Source: Octopus vulgaris (lineage: Eukaryota). From it: 64,000 nt of DNA. The stretch is taken from assembly GCA_951406725.2 (NCBI GenBank), contig OX597833.1, positions 49,662,001 through 49,726,000 of the forward strand, given 5' to 3'. Position 1 is the stretch's first letter. Each line of letters begins with the position of its first letter. This document shows, one piece after another, positions 56,830 to 64,000 of the stretch. A program made the translations under genes and the position numbers. A model generated the notes under the pieces. The model worked only from the letters and a program-made list of their open reading frames with translations. It had not been told where the DNA came from and searched no databases.

Positions 56830-57108
56830 ATCGTGACGCATATTTGCCATTTGAATATGGCTAACCCCTAAAGGTTGATGCTACTGTAGTTTGTAGCCCC
56901 AGGAAGATATCTCCTCCAGCTGGCTATAGACACACTATATGTGTCCTCTCAGTATTTGTGAAGGGAAGTCATCCTCCCCGTCTTCAAAGACGGGGAGGAT
57001 GACTTCCCTTCACAAAATGAGATAGAGATATCTTCCTGGGGCTACAAACTACAGTAGCATCAACCTTTAGGGGTTAGCCATATTCAAATGGCAAATATGC
57101 GTCACGAT
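56830..57108. repeat. 279-bp fold-back palindrome built from repeat family 1
   Basis: Perfect 84-bp outer arms (56830-56913 / 57025-57108) and perfect 30-bp inner arms (56955-56984 / 56987-57016) with a 2-nt loop. Confidence 0.95.
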
Positions 57109-57119
57109 ATATATATATA

Positions 57120-57300
57120 TCTATTATATAAAATCCGTTCTGTCTGTCTGTCTATCTGTGTGTCTTCTAGGATCTCGGGCATCCTCCATCCGATTGCGCT
57201 CAAATTTGATATGGAGATACCGACGGTATCAGGGCATGTATAAATCTTGAAAAAAATTACAAAAATCGATTCCAGGTGAGAATGCGATCGATAAAGTGAA
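57120..57300 (+). mobile_element. Non-autonomous Helitron-like 5' end
   Basis: A|TCTATTATATAAAA start, (TGTC)n tract, ccgattgcgctcaaatttg motif typical of such elements. Confidence 0.6.
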
Positions 57301-57496
57301 TAAAATCGTTTTTCTTTGGAATAGAAAAAAAAATCTTATCTTTATTACTTCTTTTACTCGTGTCTCAAATTTAGGTTAAATCAGTGTTTCTTAAATGGGA
57401 GGCCTATGGGACGGTCGGACAAGTTGTTTTGAGAAAATTTGGTTTAAATGTTTGACAACTCAGCACCGTCTATTTGAGGGGGGGGGGCGTTTTTCT

Positions 57497-57527
<31 letters not shown>

Positions 57528-57544
<17 letters not shown>

Positions 57545-57975
57545 GAAATTATTGTATACAGTGCTCAGGTGCACCACAACTTGTCAGAAAGTGCATATAA
57601 AGTACATGCAGTAATGTAGAAATGTCTGGAAAGTGAACAGTGTATGAGTCAGATACATGCTTGCATGTGTATGGAGGGGAGAAAATCAAGTGTAGTGTTG
57701 GCGAATCTCAGGAAGCATGGAAGTTTTGAAGAATGCAGTGCTCCGACAACTAACAACCGATGCCGGCAGTTTGTTCCATGCTTCAGCAACTCTCAGCGTG
57801 AGAAAATGTTTCCTGAAGTCATGGGAGCTGTGCGGTTTTCTTACTTTGTAAATATGTCCACGGGTGTTAGATGGGTGGAGTTTGAAGAGGTGTTCAGAGT
57901 TATTGTTTGTGCGATGGTTGATAATTTTATGGGTGTCTGCCAAGTCAGCTGCCAGCCGTCGGAGTTTCAATATGT
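57528..57975 (-). mobile_element. CR1-group LINE 3' end (ORF2 C-terminus 57686-57975, 3' UTR, (ATT)n tail)
   Basis: LKLRRLAADL..HKII...TRGHIYKV...RKHFLTLRVAEAWNKLPASVVSCRST..FK. Confidence 0.9.
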
Positions 57976-58969
57976 ATAAAATCATATCAAAGGGAAATGG
58001 AAATTAATAGAAATTTTCATTTCCAAAGACTATGTATTACTCATAAAATGCACATTTAAACACATAAGGAATCCACTCATGGGATTCAACACGCTAGAAA
58101 GAACAGCTAGGTTCTATAACCATAAAATTAGGGATAAAATTCGACAGGAACGAAATGAAAAAGTAAAAACTTTTACCATCTAGTTTCCTGGACAATTTGG
58201 TTTCTGATTTTAGTTTAGCAAGTAAATAATTTTTACTCGCGAGGTGAAATCGTTTTCAACAGGTACACCTTAGATTAAATATAGAAACACGAGGCGATCA
58301 ATTCTGTGCCCCTTGTTTATATATCCTAATTTTTTCAAAATCTACTGCGCAGACGCAGTCCTTCGCCGGCAATAAAAATATACCAACTTTTAAAAACCGA
58401 AAATTATCCAAAAACTTACAATATTTAATCATACACACATACACACACAGACACACACACATATATATTATATAATAAATATGATATATGTGTATATATG
58501 TGTGTGTGGGCATGTTTCTGAGCTCGCTTGTGTGTACGTGTGGTATATGTCAAGGTTTAAATATGTTAATAATGTTATGTGAGTGTTTTAGGGGGGGGGG
58601 GGGGTAAATGTTAGAACCCATCTTCTGAAAAAATAAATATCTAGAAAGGAAAACCAAATTAGTGCTGAGAATTATTGAATAGTAATTGAAAGATGTAGGA
58701 AGAGCAGATGCAGTAAAGATTTTTATCATCAGTTGCAAAGATATCAGAGCCTACAAATTGCATCAATTTTAATGTGGGCAAACATCAGCAGCAGCAGGGG
58801 CCACAGATGGTGTAAAAGACCGATGCAGTAACATCAGCAAGCACAAACCAAGAATCATTAGGTTCTCGTACAGCAATCAGCAGCATTGGCAATTGCAGTG
58901 ATGTCGACATCAGCTGCAGCAACAGTAGGGGATTGTGGTATTAAACAAAAGATTACAGTGACACTACCT

Positions 58970-58977
58970 CAAGTAGT

Positions 58978-59009
<32 letters not shown>

Positions 59010-59242
59010 TAGCAGCAGCAGCAGTAGTAGCAGCAGCAGTAACTGTGGCAACAATAACAGCAGGAGTGACTACGTGAAAAATGTCGGTGACGGCTGCCTC
59101 TCGTCATCGTTACCACACATATCATAAATAATGCAGTTCCGTCGCTGTTGAGGTGAGAGGGAGAAGAAAGCGATGATGTGATTACGGCAACAGTAAAAGA
59201 GAGCATTAGCGGTTGAGCTGCATCATTATCGTCGTCAACATC

Positions 59243-59287
<45 letters not shown>

Positions 59288-59522
59288 GTCATCGTCATCA
59301 TCGTCATCATCATCATCATCATCACTAGTATCATCATCATCATCATCGTCATCGTCATCGTCATCATCATCGTCATCGTCATCATCATCATCATCGTCAT
59401 CGTCATCATCATCATCATCATCGTCATCGTCATCGTCATCGTCATCATCATCATCATCGTCATCGTCATCATCATCATCATCGTCATCGTCATCACCATC
59501 ATCATCATCGTCATCGTCATCG

Positions 59523-59611
<89 letters not shown>

Positions 59612-59760
59612 GTTGTCATCATCATCTTCGTCATCACCAGCAGTAGCAGCAACAACAATATTGTAGTAGTAGTAGTAGTGGTCGTGGTGGTTGTGGTGGA
59701 GGAGTGGTGGTGTTAGTGGTGCTAGTGGTGTGGATATGTGAAAGTAGTAGTCATGATGGT

Positions 59761-59816
<56 letters not shown>

Positions 59817-59835
59817 TGTGGTGGTGGTGGTTGTA
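58970..59835. repeat. (CAG)n, (CAT/CGT)n and (GTA/GTG)n microsatellite block
   Basis: Directly visible. Confidence 0.95.
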
Positions 59836-59855
59836 ATTTCTAAGTCTTTTGAGTC

Positions 59856-60018
59856 ACTAGTCTCTGGATGCAGGTTTAGCTGGGTGGGGGTACTTACCTC
59901 CCCCTTGAAAACAAGGACACAGGAAATGTGTCAAGGCCGACAGGAAGCGTTGCTGCTTCCTAGGGCTAAATAGCAGTAGTATTATTCCCTTCATGGGACT
60001 GTCACATTAAGTTGACAG
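59856..60018 (+). mobile_element. Hammerhead-containing repeat family 1, copy starting at stem III / cleavage triplet
   Basis: ACTAGTCtctggatgcaggtttagctgggtgggggtacttacctcccc...gactgtcacattaagttgaca aligns with the reverse complement of 53823-53992. Confidence 0.7.
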
Positions 60019-60631
60019 TATACAATTAATTAATATTGTTTTCTCTTTACTGCATAGATGTTTTGCAAACAACTTACACATGCAAGTGCTACCAGCCAAA
60101 AGCTCCGTATACCGGAAGCCAGCAAGTTTATGGGGTCATCAGGAGAGAATGCGCGCTGTTTCGGGGCCTACCTCTCGACGGCATCAATGCGCACCGCCCC
60201 CCTCACTGATATGAGGCCCCGCTTGCTAGATCAGCTGGTTATGAAGTTAAACTCAATATCCTTCTAGCCATCGCTCATCGTCTTTTTTTAACCAAATCCA
60301 GTGGCTAGCCTTCTCCACTGTAGATTGGATATCAGTCATGGTGGTATAGACTTTACGATGAGTTAGGCCTAGCGATAATAACAGTCGTCTCACACTGTGT
60401 CCAACGAACCCTCTACATCCGACAGATAAATATTGTAGTATATTCAGTTCTTATGGAGACATTTACTTTACATTGGATAACCAACTGATACAGTTCTCCG
60501 GTGAACAATGTACGTCACTTCCATCATGTATATTGATCAATTCCTCTTGTATGAGAAGTTACCTACAATATACCCATGTCCTGTCCATATAGAATATTCT
60601 CTATCTTAATATTATAGGTAACGGAAGCTAC

Positions 60632-61033
60632 CTCTATGCTGATGACCTTGTTCTAATTGCTGAGTCACTATCAGAACTAGAGGAGAAGTTTCAAGTGTGG
60701 AAACAAGGATTAGAATCGAAGAGCCTTAGAGTCAACCTAGCTAAAACCAAAGTCCTAATAAGTAGGAAGGCAGGCAAACCACAAATCCCTTCAGGTAGAT
60801 GGCCCTGCTCGATCTGTAGTAGAGGCGTATGTAGAAACTCTATAAGATGTACCCAGTGTAAGCTATGGACACATAAGAGGTGCAGTAATATCAAAGGAAG
60901 GCTAACTGGGAAGATAGTTTTTGTATGTGGCAGATGCTCGGGAGCAATAAACTCTGAAAATGCGCAGAGAACAACTTCTGCCACATTCCAGGGAGGAAAA
61001 CTAGAAGTAGTTGATAGCTTCCGATACCTATAG
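60632..61033 (+). pseudogene. RTE-clade LINE reverse transcriptase fragment with internal PHD finger
   Basis: LYADDLVLIAES...WKQGLESKSLRVNLAKTKVL [CSIC..CTQC..HKRC..CGRC] LEVVDSFRYL, one open frame. Confidence 0.92.
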
Positions 61034-62688
61034 CTTAATACTATAGCAACCGAAATTAATATATGGTCTTATACACCAGGAAATCGACATGAAAGTTTTC
61101 TCACTGATTCAGTGATTACAGGTACGGAGATCACGTTAGAAATAAAATTCTAAGTTGGTGTCAAGTATAGAGATTTTTTGTTTTTTGTCAGAATAATATC
61201 CTTAGATTATCAAATAATATATCGAATTAGTCATACAGTCATACTATGAAACGGATGAATCACGAATAAAATCTATAATTTATATATTTTATTTGTTGAA
61301 ATTTTCTGCTATTTTTAGTCGTTGTATAAAGTTACACGCCAACCAGGAATTTTTCATATAGTATTTCAAAGGAGAAAACTTTCTAAAAAACAATAATTAG
61401 TGCAGTTTTTTAGACATTTGTCGGTGCAAGTAAACCTATGTCACATTCGTATGATTCTTCATTTTACTTCGCTACAAAAATTCGCCATATCTATGTTTAT
61501 ACCATTGTTATAATTCGCCACTTCTCAAGCGAAATATGTAAAGATCTTGTAAAGAAAATTATTTCACTTTGTAAAGCAGTCAGTGTAATATTTTATAGAT
61601 TCAATGAAATCTGAAATACGAACTGAGAGGCTCCGACATTTCAAAAGAAGATAAGCATCTTAACTAGGTAGCAAAACCGTTCAGTCGGCTCACGTAATCT
61701 CTATGAATATGTGAATATGAGAATATCGCTCTCATTATCTTTCAGTCTCTCTCTCTCTCTCTCTCTCTCTCTTTCGTTTTTTTTTTCTTCCTCCTTGTCT
61801 CTCTCACATACACTCACCAATGTTAGCTTGAGCTTATGCAATCGTGTATATTTATTTGCCATTGTGTTCGTGTATTTATGTGTATGATAAATTCTCCAGT
61901 TGCGGACGACTCACGAATGTTCGACAATTGCATATCCTGATAAACAGTATATCGGTATTGTAATAAATTGGTCATAAAAGTCAATAAGCGAAAGAACTGA
62001 CAACAAAGCCATTGTACAGACATGCAGTAACTACAACTGGTTGAGTGAACTCTGGTATGCAGTACATTGTTATATATAGTAACTTGAAAGTCACAATACG
62101 TTTAATGGGCTTCTTGATATTTGTTGAGCTCTCCTAGCTTACTGATCTCCTAACACTAGTTTCAATATGTATATAAACATATTCCTGAATGGCACTTCGT
62201 TTGAAAATGTATTTTATCTGAGAGCATGTGTTGAAACTAAAACAAATGTTGAGGGACTGTCGCAACCATTAAAACAAACACATTGCCATATCGATTTATA
62301 CGTTATTATTCTTTTATTTATAACACATATTATCTGATATCAAAGCATTTCATCGGGCATCTTATACTCCGGTTAATGATACTATACTTTCCAGCATCAG
62401 CTGAAATCATCAATTGACCACTTTTTATAGGTTGTGAATGCCAGGAATTTATCTTTGTTTCCTTTTCTCCTTTCCCTTCATGTTTTTTTTTTTTTTTCAT
62501 AAAACAGAAAAAAACAAAACTCTATACTTTTTGCAGGATATCGTTTCTCACATCTAGACCATAGACGAGGCAACTACTGCTTTCTGGAAGCATTACGACA
62601 GTTGACAGAAAATCATTATACTGGAATATATTCTTGTTAATGAATTTTTATCTAAGACCTTTTTTCCCCACCTAATACCGAATTTTAG

Positions 62689-62724
<36 letters not shown>

Positions 62725-64000
62725 GGGTTTGTGTATATAAGTATATATATATATATTGTGTATAGAGGGATATATATTATTCAAAGAAATTCCAACTCTG
62801 TCTGTCTTTTATGTTTTATAAATATTCTTTATAATATTAATGTAGAATATAGAATATATAGTATAAATAATATATATATAGTAAAATGAAATGAAGTATT
62901 GATTGTCTTATTGAATAGATGAAATGTTGAATAGAAAATATTAAGGGACTAGTATACTTTCTTGTATTGTATTGTAGCAGTCTTCAAGGTCCCAGGTTGT
63001 GACAGGAATGTTCTATATCTACACTTGTTATTACTTGCTTACAACAATCACGATTGTTTTAAAACATAAAAATACCAAAATATTGACGGAACGCAAAAAA
63101 TTATCTGAGCAGTTGCAGAAGGTGCGCATATTCCGATAATCTAGTTTTCCCGTTTTTTAACATTTTGTTAGACATTTTATACATAATTATATTGTATACA
63201 ATACGTTTAGAAATATGAGGAGTTATTATTATTTTTTTTAATACGACCTTCTCAGATGGCAGTAAACTTCAACGCATCCTTCCAATACAAAAGTTTGAAG
63301 ATATCTCCGCAGGACACTGAACTTTGACTAAATCAAACCCTCTTACTCACCCTCTCTCTCTTTACTGTCACACCTCCTCTTTCTCTTTCTTTCCCTTTTT
63401 TCCCTCTCTACCGCAATGTATATTCAAGTATGGTGCTTATATGCTTATACTCGGAAGCATTAAAGTACGATAGAGATGCGGTACGTTCCTTATACAATGC
63501 ATCACCGTCGTTGTTTCTTTTTCTTCATAAACCTCTTAAGTTATAAATACAATATATGTAATTAATACCATTACTATGGCTGCTATGACTATATAGAATA
63601 CTATAACTATATAGAATATTATGTCTATAAGGGATACTATGAAGATATGGAAATAAAAAAAAATATTCGGGGACACTATTCGCAAGCGCTGGCATATGCT
63701 GCTTTGTCGATATTACCTACCAGCTTCAAATATTTTTGATCTTTGTAATATTTTCAGAAATCTGTGTTATCCTATGCAGACTTCATTACCTTAACCAGTA
63801 GTACTTCAGTTTATTTTCAGCCTATAGCTCTACATGAATATTAGCTCTCCATAGTGTTGATAAAAATTCAACGAAACAACGATATGAAAGGAATTCCTCT
63901 TTACATCTCAACGGACGCATCATCGCGAAAATAATATATTAATGTCGATGTAGTTGATTTCACCTGAGGTAAAAGCGAAACGATGAACTGAAATCGCTTC

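Overview
Eukaryotic, AT-rich, microsatellite-saturated DNA that looks intronic or intergenic. The repeat families resemble those of Octopus (cephalopod) genomes; this is an inference from the SINE content. No intact host protein-coding gene can be supported, and almost all ORF-track entries are translated microsatellites. Recognisable content: about 30 tRNA-derived SINE copies or fragments in five working groups (here called A-E); LINE fragments (an L1/Tx1-clade 3' end inside a (TATC)n tract, RTE pieces including an RT with a PHD finger inserted in it, a CR1-group 3' end); mariner, pogo-like and Helitron remnants; and a U2 snRNA fragment. The most interesting signals are: (1) a ~230-bp element present four times, with a type I hammerhead ribozyme motif at a conserved position, which forms inverted or palindromic insertions (Penelope-like pLTR or retrozyme-like); (2) a 3' tail shared between the Tx1-like LINE and the abundant SINE B, suggesting a stringent SINE/L1-clade partnership, with the LINE possibly targeting (TATC)n; (3) tandemly duplicated candidate micro-exons on the minus strand, bracketed by inverted SINEs. 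All coordinates and alignments were read by eye and no searches were run.
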